In this document: positions 38,925 through 49,593 of the stretch, one piece after another
Layout of the letters: each line of letters starts with the position of its first letter
Numbering within the stretch: the first letter of the stretch is position 1
Source: Candidatus Latescibacterota bacterium
GTDB taxonomy: Bacteria; Latescibacterota; UBA2968; UBA8231
DNA length: 64,000 nucleotides
Assembly (NCBI GenBank): GCA_965248265.1
Contig: CBDFJF010000002.1
Coordinates: 1,920,001 to 1,984,000 of the forward strand
Direction: 5' to 3'
The notes under the pieces: model-generated
Told to the model about the DNA's origin: nothing
The model's input: only the letters and a program-made list of their open reading frames with translations
The model's database searches: none
Position numbers and translations under genes: made by a program

Positions 38925-40043
38925 TCACACCGTGACGCGCGCCCAGCGCACACTCAGCTGCGTCGAATCCGATCCCGCGTAGTAGATGAGCAGGACCTGA
39001 CCGTCTTCGAGCTCGACGCCGGCGGGATGTCCGAACGACCACACGGCCATACTGTCCCAGTACTCGTCGTAATCGGCACCGTCCATCCCGGCTTCACGGC
39101 CAGGGGTATCGTAAAGGGAAATCTCGCCGTCGTGGTCCCAGCTCCTGCCGTCATCGCCGGAGATGATCAACCGCATGGAGCCGGGCGAGTGCCGGTGCAC
39201 GTAAAACGCCAGCAGGCGCCCGTCACGCAGCGGGATCGGCGCGGCGATCTGGCCGTCGATGCCGGTCGAGACCGGCTCGCTCCAGGTCAGCGAGTCCGGG
39301 TCTCCCCATGCCAGGTGCAGCGGCACGTCGGTCTCTGTCTTGCGGTCGTAGGTCCAGAAGAGAGCGACAGGTCGGCCCGTCCGCGGGCAGACCGCCTGGC
39401 GTTGATCCCAGTAGACGTACTTGCGTCCGGGGTGGCTGGCGACTTCGGCGATGCGGTCGTAGGAGCGGCCATCGCGGCTGAACAGCCCGGCGGCCACCTG
39501 CAGCTCAGGTTCTCCGGGCGCCTTCGAGGCGCAGTGCTCGAACGTGAGCAGCCAGCCCTTGCCCGGGAAGCGCAGCGGAGCGCCAGCCAGCACGGACGAG
39601 TGCAGTGCGCCGGTGTCCAGGAGCTCGTAGTCGCTCCAGGTGCGCCCACCGTCATTCGACTCCGCCTTCAGCAGTTTCGCCGGAGCCAGCTCCAGCGTGT
39701 CGGGGTTGCGGATGACGTCAGGTGGTGTTTCGGATCGATCCAGCCACGACAGGAAGCCGACGAGCGTACCGTCATCCAGCTCGGTCAGTTCGGCGGCGCG
39801 CACTTCGCCCTCGACGCCATCGACGCGCGATTCGAAGCGTTCGCAGATCGTCCGCCACGTCTTGCCGGCATCCGTCGATTCGGCAATCATGCAGTTTCCG
39901 TCGGGGGACATCTTGGTGCTGCCGCGACGGCACGGGACCAGAATCACTCCGGAATCGAGACGGCAGATGGATGTGAAGAAATGGGCGCGCGGTCCGGAGA
40001 CCGCGTCCGCGTCGACGACGAACCCTTCGTCGATGATTTTCAT
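38925..40043 (-). CDS. Sialidase/BNR (Asp-box) beta-propeller protein
   Basis: Asp boxes STDAGKTW, SNDGGRTW, SRDGRSY, SGDDGRSW; RBS GGAGG. Confidence 0.8.
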   Translation of the reverse strand: MKIIDEGFVVDADAVSGPRAHFFTSICRLDSGVILVPCRRGSTKMSPDGNCMIAESTDAGKTWRTICERFESRVDGVEGEVRAAELTELDDGTLVGFLSWLDRSETPPDVIRNPDTLELAPAKLLKAESNDGGRTWSDYELLDTGALHSSVLAGAPLRFPGKGWLLTFEHCASKAPGEPELQVAAGLFSRDGRSYDRIAEVASHPGRKYVYWDQRQAVCPRTGRPVALFWTYDRKTETDVPLHLAWGDPDSLTWSEPVSTGIDGQIAAPIPLRDGRLLAFYVHRHSPGSMRLIISGDDGRSWDHDGEISLYDTPGREAGMDGADYDEYWDSMAVWSFGHPAGVELEDGQVLLIYYAGSDSTQLSVRWARVTV

Positions 40044-40309
40044 GTTTCCTCCATGGAGAGCGCTCGTGGATTTCCTGGCGTGAGCCTGCATCGAGAAGTT
40101 TAGTCCGCACACGACAACGCCTCCACCTCTCGGCAGTATTCCGTCTACCTGGTCCGGCGACAACGTCTGTACAACCGTGCCCAGTGAAGAGCATCTCGAC
40201 ATCGCGGCAAATCCGGTCTGTTAGGGAGCCCGCCGCCGGCCTCAATCTCTTCCGCCAGCACCCACGAGCTGGCGAGCGTGATACACGCCGCCAACCGCGA
40301 GACACGACA

Positions 40310-40444
40310 GCCGATCGCCAGCCCGATTGTGAGCGTGACGCCTGGTGCCTGAAACTTCAATGGTGTCTCGATGAATGACAGGCCGAGAGTCAGGCCGAAC
40401 CAGACTAGAGTCGTTGCGACCAATGCCACTCCCAGCATCATCAC
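40310..40444 (-). pseudogene. 5' fragment of a DUF4149-like membrane protein
   Basis: 'GLSFIETPLKFQAPGVTLTIGLAIG', then family similarity is lost. Confidence 0.55.
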
Positions 40445-40456
40445 GCTCCGTCGTTT

Positions 40457-42442
40457 TCAGTATGGGTAGGCGAACACGGGCACATGGTTGCCGGTGCCGC
40501 CGAGGATGAAGTCGACGACCATCCAGAAGGCGGCGGCCGAGACCTGTCCCAGGATCATGCCCAGGAAGAAGGGCCGCAGTGCGAGGTAGTAGCGCACGCC
40601 GCCGTAGCGCAGGAGGACGGCCTTGAACGTCGAGGCCAGGAAGATACTGAACCAGGCGCGCTTGATGACGTTGCCGGCCGACACGGCGAAACCGATCGGG
40701 TGCAGGGGCCACCACAGGAAGTGGTGCCGCGCCCAGATCAGGGCCGCCATCACCGCCCCGCCCACCGCCGTCCACAGCGCCCGCGGCCACATGATGTCCG
40801 GCGACTCCGAGAACCCCATCGGATTCTGCAGCTTGTACTGGATGTGCGCGTGGGTGTTGCGGGGGTTCCCGATGAAGAACCAGCTCTCCAGGTTGACGGC
40901 GCCGTGCTCGTAGGCCGACCACAGGATGATACCCAGGGAGCCGGCCAGGGTCACGACGATGGCGACGACCATGACCCAGAACAAGGGCCGCTTGAGCGCT
41001 CCCACGCCTTCCGCCAGCTTCATCGCGTTGATGGCGGCCGCCATCAGCAGGACGCGGTTGCTACCGGTCCAGGAGAAGGTCAGGGCGAGGCTGAAGATAC
41101 CGGCGTCCGTCACGGCTGAGGTGCCGGCAAAGTTGGTGAGGATGGTCTGGGACGACACCATCGGCGACATGAATCCGAGTCCGGCCTCGGCGACGACGCG
41201 CGCCGTGAACAGGAAGATGGCGAAGGTCAGCAGCAGAAAAAGGACGGTGTAGAAGAGGGGCACTCCCGACATGTAGAGCCAGATGGTCGTGAAGGTGCCA
41301 CATCCCAGCAGGATCGCCACCGCAGTCCGGTAAGACAGAATCTCGCCGCTGTCGTCGACGCCGCGGCCGGTGATCACCTTGTGCCAGATCGCTTTGATGT
41401 GGCCGCGGCTGACCCAGGCGCCGAAGAGGACGAGGACGACCATGGCCCCCAGACCCTCGTGGGCGATCAGGAGGGTCCCCTCCATGAAGCGTTCGATCTC
41501 GCCCTTCAGGCGGTAACCGACCATGTACTGCCAGGTCATCTGCACCTGGGCAAGCAGGTGGAAGAACCAGAAGCTGGTGGCCACCTGCAGGCTGAGCAGG
41601 TAGGCCAGCCCGAGGACGGTGAAGCTGAGGTTGATCGCCACGGAGTGCATGTCCGGGAAGAGCTTGACGTAAGAGTACAGCAGCGGATCCGGCAGGACGG
41701 GATGGTAGTGGTGCAGTCCCTTCATGCTCAGCAGGATGAAGGCCAGGGCGAAGCCGGACCACATCAGTGGACTGCGGAAGAAGGGTCCCAGCACCTTGCG
41801 TGTCCCGCCCGTCTCCGCCATCTCCATCGGCAGCTGCACCAGAGGGAACGCCAGGCGCTCGTTTTCCACCCACTGGTGCCGCACCAGCACCATGGCGGCG
41901 ATCATCATCAGGTAGATGGCGAAGATGAAGGAGGCCCAGGCCAGCAGCGGCACCAACCAGGCACCCCAGGGCAGGGGCGCGCCGGCGGGCAGTCCCTGGA
42001 AGAAATCCCGAATGGCATTGGCGTCGGAGGGTACCATCCAGTCCCGCACCAGAGGGAACAGCAACTCCTCCCAGTTGTTCTCCGGCGTGGCGAAGTAGTA
42101 GACGGCCGGCAGCATCGGCACCAGGTTGGAAGCGAAGCCCCACGTCGGGATCGTCGACGCGATGATGAGCATGATGTAGATGACCGTCAGCTCGGCGCGG
42201 TTGAATGCCCACTTGGGACGGATCAATCTGATGCAGGGATTGAGAAGCAGGGTGACGAGGAAGAAGACGCAGATGGCCCCGGCGGTAATGTGATCGGAGG
42301 ACATGTCCGACGTCGACAGGACGATGCGCCCGTAGGTGAAGCCGACGCTGATGATGAGGGTCAGCAGGGTCCCGAAGATGACGGATCGCCAGGTGATGGC
42401 GGACCGCTTCGGGGATGCTGTGTCGGAAGGGAGGCTGGTCAT
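40457..42442 (-). CDS. DUF6785/DUF6784-type polytopic membrane protein (putative transporter)
   Basis: 'QWVENERLAFPLVQLP', 'RVVAEAG', 'WWPLHPIGF', 'RYGG...PFFLGMILG'. Confidence 0.8.
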   Translation of the reverse strand: MTSLPSDTASPKRSAITWRSVIFGTLLTLIISVGFTYGRIVLSTSDMSSDHITAGAICVFFLVTLLLNPCIRLIRPKWAFNRAELTVIYIMLIIASTIPTWGFASNLVPMLPAVYYFATPENNWEELLFPLVRDWMVPSDANAIRDFFQGLPAGAPLPWGAWLVPLLAWASFIFAIYLMMIAAMVLVRHQWVENERLAFPLVQLPMEMAETGGTRKVLGPFFRSPLMWSGFALAFILLSMKGLHHYHPVLPDPLLYSYVKLFPDMHSVAINLSFTVLGLAYLLSLQVATSFWFFHLLAQVQMTWQYMVGYRLKGEIERFMEGTLLIAHEGLGAMVVLVLFGAWVSRGHIKAIWHKVITGRGVDDSGEILSYRTAVAILLGCGTFTTIWLYMSGVPLFYTVLFLLLTFAIFLFTARVVAEAGLGFMSPMVSSQTILTNFAGTSAVTDAGIFSLALTFSWTGSNRVLLMAAAINAMKLAEGVGALKRPLFWVMVVAIVVTLAGSLGIILWSAYEHGAVNLESWFFIGNPRNTHAHIQYKLQNPMGFSESPDIMWPRALWTAVGGAVMAALIWARHHFLWWPLHPIGFAVSAGNVIKRAWFSIFLASTFKAVLLRYGGVRYYLALRPFFLGMILGQVSAAAFWMVVDFILGGTGNHVPVFAYPY

Positions 42443-42779
42443 GCAACCCAACCTCTGCGCAATGCGAGCCTCGAGTACAAGATCAGAAACGCCTCCATAG
42501 CCAGCGGCACCAGCGCGATGTGAGCCGCCAGTGGTTGAACAATGCAATGCGCTGACGATTTCCGCAATCGTTGGTGCCAGATCGCGGTCTGAGTGGGGGC
42601 GATGCTGAGGCTCGAGGCCGGTCCTGTGCCACGCACATATCCGTGCCTATCCCGCCGCTCAGGCGAACCCGATCTCATCTCGACATCTCGCCCCGACCGA
42701 TCTACACTACCTAATAGCAGACTTTGTGCCCTGTGCTACCCTCAGTGCTACGAATGTCCCCCCAGCCCCGGAGCACGCC

Positions 42780-43295
42780 ATGCCTACTCACACCGGCGCA
42801 GTCGCAACAACCGGAGCCCTGCTGGTGATGGCAGCCACTTTCGCCACCTGCGGCTCGAGCGATAGCCCCACCGAGCCAGTCGCCAACTCCTGCTCCACCA
42901 CCATCCCACCTCAACCCGGGTTTCAGCCCCCAGAGCCCTGGCCGGTCACTCACCCGAACGAGGGGAGAGTCTGGTACGGTACCGGGGATCTCTGGACGTC
43001 GCTGGCCACCGACGGCAACCATGACTGGGGCAAGAGCGTGTGGTGGAGCGTCCACTTCGGCGGGGGGGCCATCGAGCCAGACCCCGAAATCGGTGTGGTA
43101 TGGCGCCGCCTCGACGATGGCTCGGCGTTGGTCATAGAAGAACAAGCCCCCGGAACCAACGCCTTCACCGAGGACCACGGCTGGGCCATGTTGAACGGGA
43201 TTGATCCCGACGAATCGGGATGCTGGGAGGTGACGGCCACTTACAGGGGCGCCACTCTCAGCTACGTCTATGAGTACACGGCTGACGACTCATGA
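42780..43295 (+). CDS. Hypothetical lipoprotein
   Basis: Hydrophobic leader with ATC; C-terminal 'GCWEVTATYRG'; stop overlaps the next ATG. Confidence 0.55.
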   Translation: MPTHTGAVATTGALLVMAATFATCGSSDSPTEPVANSCSTTIPPQPGFQPPEPWPVTHPNEGRVWYGTGDLWTSLATDGNHDWGKSVWWSVHFGGGAIEPDPEIGVVWRRLDDGSALVIEEQAPGTNAFTEDHGWAMLNGIDPDESGCWEVTATYRGATLSYVYEYTADDS

Positions 43296-45406
43296 GCCAA
43301 CCAGTACAAGGACGCGTCATTGAAAGAGAATCCGGCGAGGGCGTGCCGGAGATTCCGGTCACCAACGGAGAGTCGATCGTGCTGACCGGGCCGGACGGCT
43401 CGTTCAGCATCGACCTGGGGCCGCAACATCGATTTGTCTATCTGAGTACACCCGAGACCCATGACGTCGATGGGCTGTTCTACAAGGAGGCCTCCAGCCT
43501 GCGCGCTGATCCTCACGGGGCCGATTTTCATCTGGTAGCCGCACCGGAGAAGGCGAGTCCTGAATTCACGTTCGTGCAGATCTCCGACATCCACGTCATC
43601 GAGACCCAGAGCTTCCGCTCCATCGACCGCAATTCCCTGCGTTTCTATTCCAGCCGCGAGACCCTGGCCATGGCGCTGCATCAGATCGAGCGTGAGGCGG
43701 AGCCCGCCTTCATCGTGCCGACGGGGGACCTCACGCACCGGGGCAGCGAGGTGGAGTTGAGCAGCTGCCGGGACGCCATGCGCACGGTTGATACCCCGGT
43801 CTTAGCTCTCTATGCCGGACACGACGGCTCGACGGAGCACTTCGAGAACGGCAAAGGGAAAACGAGCACGCGGGTTTTCGAGGGGCTGTTCGGTCCGACC
43901 TGTTACAGCTTCGACCGGGGCGGCAAGCATTTCGTCCTCTACGCCGACGAGGACCTCATGTTCTCGGAGGAGGACCGGGAGCGCAAAAAGGCCTGGCTCA
44001 ACAGTGATCTGTCGATGCAGCCCCCAGATCGAGACATCTACGTCTTCGTCCACTGTCCTCCCACGACCGAGTTTCTGGAGAGCCTGGCGCAATACAACGT
44101 CAAAATGGTCATGTACGGCCATTATCACGCCAGCAAGCTGCAGCGGTTCGGCGACATCGATGTCGTGGGTACGCCGCCGGTCACCTTCGCCGGCATGGAT
44201 ACATCGCCAAGGGGCTATCGGTGGGTGCAATGCAACTCCAATGGTCACCGGATCGACTTCTGCCCCTTGAGTCTGTACGACGTGGCTGGCATGTCACGGG
44301 CGGCCGCGCCGGTCCTGCGCGGGAATGAATTCGGGAGGTGGCAGGTGAGGTGGAAGCAGGACCTGCCAGTGACCAGCCACCGCGCCGCGCCTGTCGCCGC
44401 CGACGGTGTCCTGCTGCTGAGTCAGCAGGACGAGACCCACAGCGGCCATGATGGCGTGCTGGCCCTCAACGCCGATTCGGGTGAGCTGTTGTACCATGTA
44501 GCCACGGAGACGTCGGTGAAGAACAGTGCAGCCCTGGTGCCGGATACCGGCAGCGCGGCGGCGCTGACGATCGCGGGTCGGCTGCACCTGTTCGACACCA
44601 AGACCGGGGAGACGCGGTGGACGCAGGAGTTGCCCGGGCATCCAATGCGGTATTTGTACACAACACCAGTCGCCGTTGATAGAATCATCTACGCCGGAGG
44701 CAAGGCAGGGTGCGGTGCCTTCGCCACCGAGGACGGGTCCCTGCTGTGGTACACGCCCCTCGAAGGCAGCTTCGATTTCCAGCCCTGCTTTGCCAGCCCG
44801 CAGGTGTTCGGGGACCTGCTCGTGGTCTCGCTTCAGGGTAAAGGCATGGCGGCCCTGCGGCGCAGCGACGGAGCTGTCGAATGGCAGAATGACTTCCGCG
44901 CCAAGTACCAGAGCGCGTCGGCCGTCGTTGCCGGCGACCTGCTGGCCACGGGGGGAAACTACACCGACCTGGGAGTGCTGTGGGGTGCCACCGGCGAAGT
45001 GGTCTGGCAGTTTCCCTACGAACACAAGTACGTCTGCGCCCTGGCTGCGGACGAGGGCTCGATGTACGCCGGAACGCCGACGGGGGAGCTGCAGTGCTAC
45101 GACCTGCAGACCGGAGAGCTGCGCTGGACCTTCCGCACCGGTGACGACCTCATGGACTTCTCGCCCTACCAGATGGGGGTACGGACCATCCTGGCAACGC
45201 CGGTACTGTTCAACGGCCACCTGCTGCTGGGCAGCTGCGACGGCTGGCTCTACATCCTCGACCCGGAGACGGGCGCCTGCCTGGATCAGACCTTCTTCGG
45301 CGCGCCGATCACGAGCGCTCCCTGTGCGGCCGGCGATCGGATCGGCGATCAGATCTACATCGCCACCTACGACCGCAAGGTGTACTGCCTGGAGCGCACG
45401 GAGTGA
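43292..45406 (+). CDS. Calcineurin-like metallophosphoesterase fused to a PQQ-type beta-propeller
   Basis: ISDIH, TGDLT, GHD, VH, YGHYH; propeller repeats 'TGELRWTF'. Confidence 0.85.
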   Translation: MSQPVQGRVIERESGEGVPEIPVTNGESIVLTGPDGSFSIDLGPQHRFVYLSTPETHDVDGLFYKEASSLRADPHGADFHLVAAPEKASPEFTFVQISDIHVIETQSFRSIDRNSLRFYSSRETLAMALHQIEREAEPAFIVPTGDLTHRGSEVELSSCRDAMRTVDTPVLALYAGHDGSTEHFENGKGKTSTRVFEGLFGPTCYSFDRGGKHFVLYADEDLMFSEEDRERKKAWLNSDLSMQPPDRDIYVFVHCPPTTEFLESLAQYNVKMVMYGHYHASKLQRFGDIDVVGTPPVTFAGMDTSPRGYRWVQCNSNGHRIDFCPLSLYDVAGMSRAAAPVLRGNEFGRWQVRWKQDLPVTSHRAAPVAADGVLLLSQQDETHSGHDGVLALNADSGELLYHVATETSVKNSAALVPDTGSAAALTIAGRLHLFDTKTGETRWTQELPGHPMRYLYTTPVAVDRIIYAGGKAGCGAFATEDGSLLWYTPLEGSFDFQPCFASPQVFGDLLVVSLQGKGMAALRRSDGAVEWQNDFRAKYQSASAVVAGDLLATGGNYTDLGVLWGATGEVVWQFPYEHKYVCALAADEGSMYAGTPTGELQCYDLQTGELRWTFRTGDDLMDFSPYQMGVRTILATPVLFNGHLLLGSCDGWLYILDPETGACLDQTFFGAPITSAPCAAGDRIGDQIYIATYDRKVYCLERTE

Positions 45407-45435
45407 CCGGGTACGGATAGACAGGAGCACGTTGG

Positions 45436-46287
45436 ATGAAACCGGAAGCCGCAGATCACGTATTGACCGAGCAGGAGCGCGAGCAGTTCGAGCGGGACGG
45501 TTACCTGATCATCGAAGACGCCCTGGAGCCGGATCACGTGCTGCGGTTGAAGGAGGCCGTAGACCGAGTCGCGACCGCGGAGCGGGCTGAACACGAGATT
45601 CCACCGGACAAGCGGGTGAGGGTCAACGACTTCACCTCCCGCGACGAGGCCTTCATGGACCTTGTGGACTGGTACCGGACCTTTCCCAAGGTGTGGGGGG
45701 TCCTGGGTTGGAATATTCAGTTATACGCGGCGACGCTGAAGGTCACACCCGCCAGGAACGAGGTGCAGGAGGGCGGGAAGATGAAGATGGGCTGGCACCA
45801 GGATACCTCGCGCCTGAACATCGAGCTGGAGACCTCACCGCGTCCGCGCATCTCGATGAAGATCGCCTACTTCCTCAGCGACTGCCGTGAGCCGGGACGC
45901 GGGAATCTGTACGTCATTCCGGGAAGTCACGAGATCAATAGCATCGACTTCGGGAACGGCGATCGGAAGAGTGAAGTAGATGGGGGCATTCCGGTGCTGG
46001 TACCCGAAGGCGGCGCCGTGTTGTTCGATCGCCGCCTGTGGCACTCGGCCAGCCGAAACTACGGGAACATGCCGCGCACCGTCCTGTTCTACGGGTACAG
46101 CTATCGCTGGTTTCGGCCCAGGGACGGCCAGTCAGCGGGCCGGTTCTGGGATGGTTTTGATCCGATCCGGCGGCAGTTGTTTGGGGCTTCGACTACCGCG
46201 AAGGGGTATACGTCGCCGACCGCGGAGGATGCGCCGTTGAGGGAGTGGATATGCGAGCATTGCGGGGAAGAAGCGGTTAGGGTGTGA
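45436..46287 (+). CDS. Phytanoyl-CoA dioxygenase (PhyH) family
   Basis: 'FERDGYL', 'WHQD', 'VIPGSH', 'FDRRLWH'. Confidence 0.9.
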   Translation: MKPEAADHVLTEQEREQFERDGYLIIEDALEPDHVLRLKEAVDRVATAERAEHEIPPDKRVRVNDFTSRDEAFMDLVDWYRTFPKVWGVLGWNIQLYAATLKVTPARNEVQEGGKMKMGWHQDTSRLNIELETSPRPRISMKIAYFLSDCREPGRGNLYVIPGSHEINSIDFGNGDRKSEVDGGIPVLVPEGGAVLFDRRLWHSASRNYGNMPRTVLFYGYSYRWFRPRDGQSAGRFWDGFDPIRRQLFGASTTAKGYTSPTAEDAPLREWICEHCGEEAVRV

Positions 46288-46581
46288 GGCGAAGCTCATT
46301 TACGAGCCGTGAACAGAATCGCCGTTTGCTTTTACCCAACCGAAAGGGAAAGGTGAGACACGGTGTAATTGTGAATCCTTGTCAATCCGTCGTGATCAAA
46401 CCCACGTTATGGTCGCAAAGGGCACACACCCTACAACTGATTCGGGTAACAGCACTTGAGGCGCACCTTGCACGCTGTCGGCACCACTTCGGGCGTGTTG
46501 CTATAACACATCTGCTGTTGCGACCGTACTCGGCTATGACACCTTGGACCAAGCCAGTGCTGAGGGGTGACATACGACTAT

Positions 46582-47199
46582 TCACAATGTGCACCGCCTA
46601 GCGACGATCCATCGAGTCGCCGTCTTCTGATCCCAGACATCTGAGGCGATCACTTCAAAGCCCGAAGCGCTTATGCTGTGCTCCAGCCTGGCTGTCGTGA
46701 GGCCGTGGATTGATGGAGCCAGGCCAACTGTCTGAAGCAGGCCGATCAGCAGTCGGAAGAGCCATCCCCGTTCTCCCAGGCACGGTGTCTGGCTGACCAA
46801 CAGCCCCTGGGGGAGCAGCAGATCCCTCAACCTCTCCAGTGTCGCTTCCACATCCTCCACCAGGTGCAGGACGTTCAGGGCAAGAGCAGCGGAGTAAGTC
46901 TTTCCATTGATCTCACGCACGTCGATGGTGTCAAACTGCATGTTCGCCACTCCGGCTGCCATCGCCTTGTCCCGGGCAAGAGCGATCATTCTGCTCGACG
47001 TGTCGATGGAATGGACCGACTGGACGGTTGTGGCCAGATCCACACTGTACTCACCGCTCCCACACCCGACATCGAGCAGGATGTCTTCATTGCTGAGAAC
47101 TTCTGCCACAGCTCTGATGGTCCGATCGTAGAGGGTGTCGTGATTTCGAATGTCGGCGTCGTACTTGTCCGCCCGGCGATCCCAGAATCTGGCGGTCAT
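46582..47199 (-). CDS. Class I SAM-dependent methyltransferase
   Basis: 'FWDRRADKY', 'LDVGCGSG', 'LNVLHL', 'QTPCL'. Confidence 0.88.
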   Translation of the reverse strand: MTARFWDRRADKYDADIRNHDTLYDRTIRAVAEVLSNEDILLDVGCGSGEYSVDLATTVQSVHSIDTSSRMIALARDKAMAAGVANMQFDTIDVREINGKTYSAALALNVLHLVEDVEATLERLRDLLLPQGLLVSQTPCLGERGWLFRLLIGLLQTVGLAPSIHGLTTARLEHSISASGFEVIASDVWDQKTATRWIVARRCTL

Positions 47200-47444
47200 G
47201 TCGCGGAACGCCCCCCTTTCGTACGAGCACCGCTCGGGTACCCGAAGACATCGTCCAGGGGAACATCGAATACCTGTGCGATCTGGAAGGCCATCTCGAG
47301 AGAAGGTGAGTATCTCCCTTGTTCGATGGCGATGATGGTCTGCCGGGTTACCCCGACGCGCCTGGCCAGCTCGGCCTGAGTCATGTCGCCACTGGCCTGG
47401 CGCAGTGAGCGGATGTCGTTCGTCACCTTCGTCGGCTTCACCAC
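47196..47444 (-). CDS. XRE/Cro HTH transcriptional regulator
   Basis: 'MTQAELARRVGVTRQTIIAIEQGRYSPSL'. Confidence 0.92.
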   Translation of the reverse strand: MVKPTKVTNDIRSLRQASGDMTQAELARRVGVTRQTIIAIEQGRYSPSLEMAFQIAQVFDVPLDDVFGYPSGARTKGGRSAT

Positions 47445-47866
47445 GGCGGATGCCCCCGGCGATACGCGTGGATCTTCGCACCAGATCCGACGACGGACGA
47501 CAGGACGAACGCCAGATAGATGGCATTGCCAATCCAGAAGTGATCCGTCTCCATGACAGCCATGACGAGGGCAGCCATGCCTGCCACTATGACGACGAAC
47601 TGCCCGATATACTCACCGAAGTGGCCGATCTCGTGATCGCGTTGATCCACCTCGCCCACATCGTCCCGTACGATCGCGAACACGACTATGTGCGTGACGA
47701 TGGCGAGAATGATCCACGCGGCACACGCCCACAGCATCGCCTCCGCGTATGGGACATCAGTCAGCGGCTCTCCGTCAGCACGACTGAGGATCCGGGTCAG
47801 ATAGCCTGCGTAAACGAGCATTGGGATCAGCAGCATGATCCACGTGCTCTTCTCCTTGTAGGACAT
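47438..47866 (-). CDS. Four-TM membrane protein, typical partner of XRE regulators
   Basis: 'MSYKEKSTW', 'DQRDHEI', end 'YRRG'. Confidence 0.75.
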   Translation of the reverse strand: MSYKEKSTWIMLLIPMLVYAGYLTRILSRADGEPLTDVPYAEAMLWACAAWIILAIVTHIVVFAIVRDDVGEVDQRDHEIGHFGEYIGQFVVIVAGMAALVMAVMETDHFWIGNAIYLAFVLSSVVGSGAKIHAYRRGHPPW

Positions 47867-47878
47867 TTCCTTTCTCCC

Positions 47879-47944
47879 ATGTTAAGAATGTTTGACATTC
47901 AAGAAGATAGCTGCCGTGTATCGAATGTCAAGTATTTTTTACAT
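47879..47944 (-). promoter_or_regulatory. Sigma70 promoter with two palindromic XRE-type operators
   Basis: TTGACA-16-TATCTT on -; ATGTnAA-N6-TTnACAT at 47879-47898 and 47925-47944. Confidence 0.75.
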
Positions 47945-48183
47945 GGAGTGGCTGATTCGGGGGATGAAACGGCCTACGGCGACATTTTCAGCTGTCACGT
48001 AAATCCAACGATTGCCCACAGGAAGTCTGCGTCAGCGCCGCTGGCTGGACTGGCGGGGAAGTGGAGGAGACCGAGGATGGCCAGGGTGATGGTGGATTTC
48101 GTGTTCATGGGCCAGTGCGAACTCCAGATTAAGCGCCGGGTGTTGCCGGTTTCAGGCACGGCATGCGATCCGGCGTGGTTCGA

Positions 48184-48847
48184 TCAAGCGGCCAGACCCT
48201 TCCTGGACAATCTCCCAAGGTAGGTCTCCTCCGACAAGTAGAAATCGAAAAAGACCTGGTTGAAGTCGTCCGGGACGGATGCCTCTGGCAAGCCCGTGCC
48301 CATGATTTCAGTTCGCCACTTTTGAACCCGTGGAAACTCCTGGAGGAAATCGTAGCCGGCACCCTGTCGGATCAGCTCAGTGCGGTAGAGAATCGGCAGC
48401 CACCCGACATCCACGAAGCCAATCTCTGCACCATGGAAGAACGGACTCGAGCCCAGCTCGGTTTCCATGTGCCGGAAAAGGGGTGTGAGGTCGGCGGATC
48501 TCTCGGCCAACGTCTCCGCATCGGGGCTTCGCTGGGTCGAGCACTGGGTCAGGTAGTTGTCCGATGCCAGGTACGCGTGCGCTCGGGTCAGCGCCTTCTG
48601 CGTGGGATTCCCGGACAACAGCCGGCCAACGGAAAGCTCCTCGAGATACTCCATGATGGCGTCTGACTGAAACAGGCCCGCGCCCTCGTCTGTGATCAGC
48701 GCCGGGACTTCGCCTCCATCCGGGGACAGCTTCAACAGCCAATCTGGCCGAGGGTCCGACTCGACGTGCTCTACGACGTAGCGCATCTCTGTTGCCTCCA
48801 GCATGGCGCTGGACGTAGGGACAGATCTTCAGGCTGATGAGTTTCAT
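48184..48847 (-). pseudogene. Glutathione S-transferase, frameshifted near codon 14
   Basis: MKLISLKICPYVQR in one frame; 'MLEA...LSPDGGEVP...LFQSDAIMEYLEE' in another. Confidence 0.8.
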
Positions 48848-48937
48848 GCGATCTCCTTCGTCTTGATGTGAGTGACGCTTTCACACATGCAGACGGGGAA
48901 ATCGCAAAAAAGGACGCAACGATCGGGCAGGAAGAAA

Positions 48938-49560
48938 TCAGAGATCGGACCTTACGAAGGTGGTGACATATGTGCCTGTGTCTTCATTGCTCTGAGATTC
49001 TCCATCCACATGATGCCCTGCAACACGAAATCCACATGATACGAATGAGTCTATGTGGTTAGAGGTCAGCACCCATGGAGGACCGTTCTCAAAAGACCTT
49101 TCCTCTCCACTTACTTCGGCAATGACAAGGATCTGACCGCCAGGGGCTACAAAATTGGATAGATTGCGAATCAATTCCTTCTCGTACTTCGGGGGAAGGG
49201 CCTGAATCGTGAATATCTCAAGAACAAAATCAAATCTTCGTTGCCATTGAGGTTGAGCCTCCAGGAGATCGGCTTGTACGAAGTCCACCTTTGATAGAGG
49301 GAAGCGTTCTTTACAGAGTTTTACTGCTGTCTCAGACACATCGAAGGCTGTTACCTGGAATCCAAGAGATTCGAGTTCGATAGCATCGTCGCCCATCCCA
49401 CAGCCTACAACCAGTGCTGATTTGCCGTCACCTTCCAGTGAATGGTGGGTCAACCAATTAGCAAAAGAAGGATGTGTTGCCATGTTTGCCCAGGGAACAC
49501 CCTCACCATTGGCACTTGAACCAGCATATAGTGGCTCAAACCAATCTGAAGGTTAGTTTT
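48938..49560 (-). pseudogene. TPMT-like SAM methyltransferase, 5' truncated with in-frame TAA
   Basis: 'EN*PSDWFEPLY...VPWA', 'LVVGCGMGDDA', 'GPPW'; AT-richer than flanks. Confidence 0.7.
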
Positions 49561-49593
49561 CCTGAATCCCGAATCGGTCTTGATTCTTGTTTG

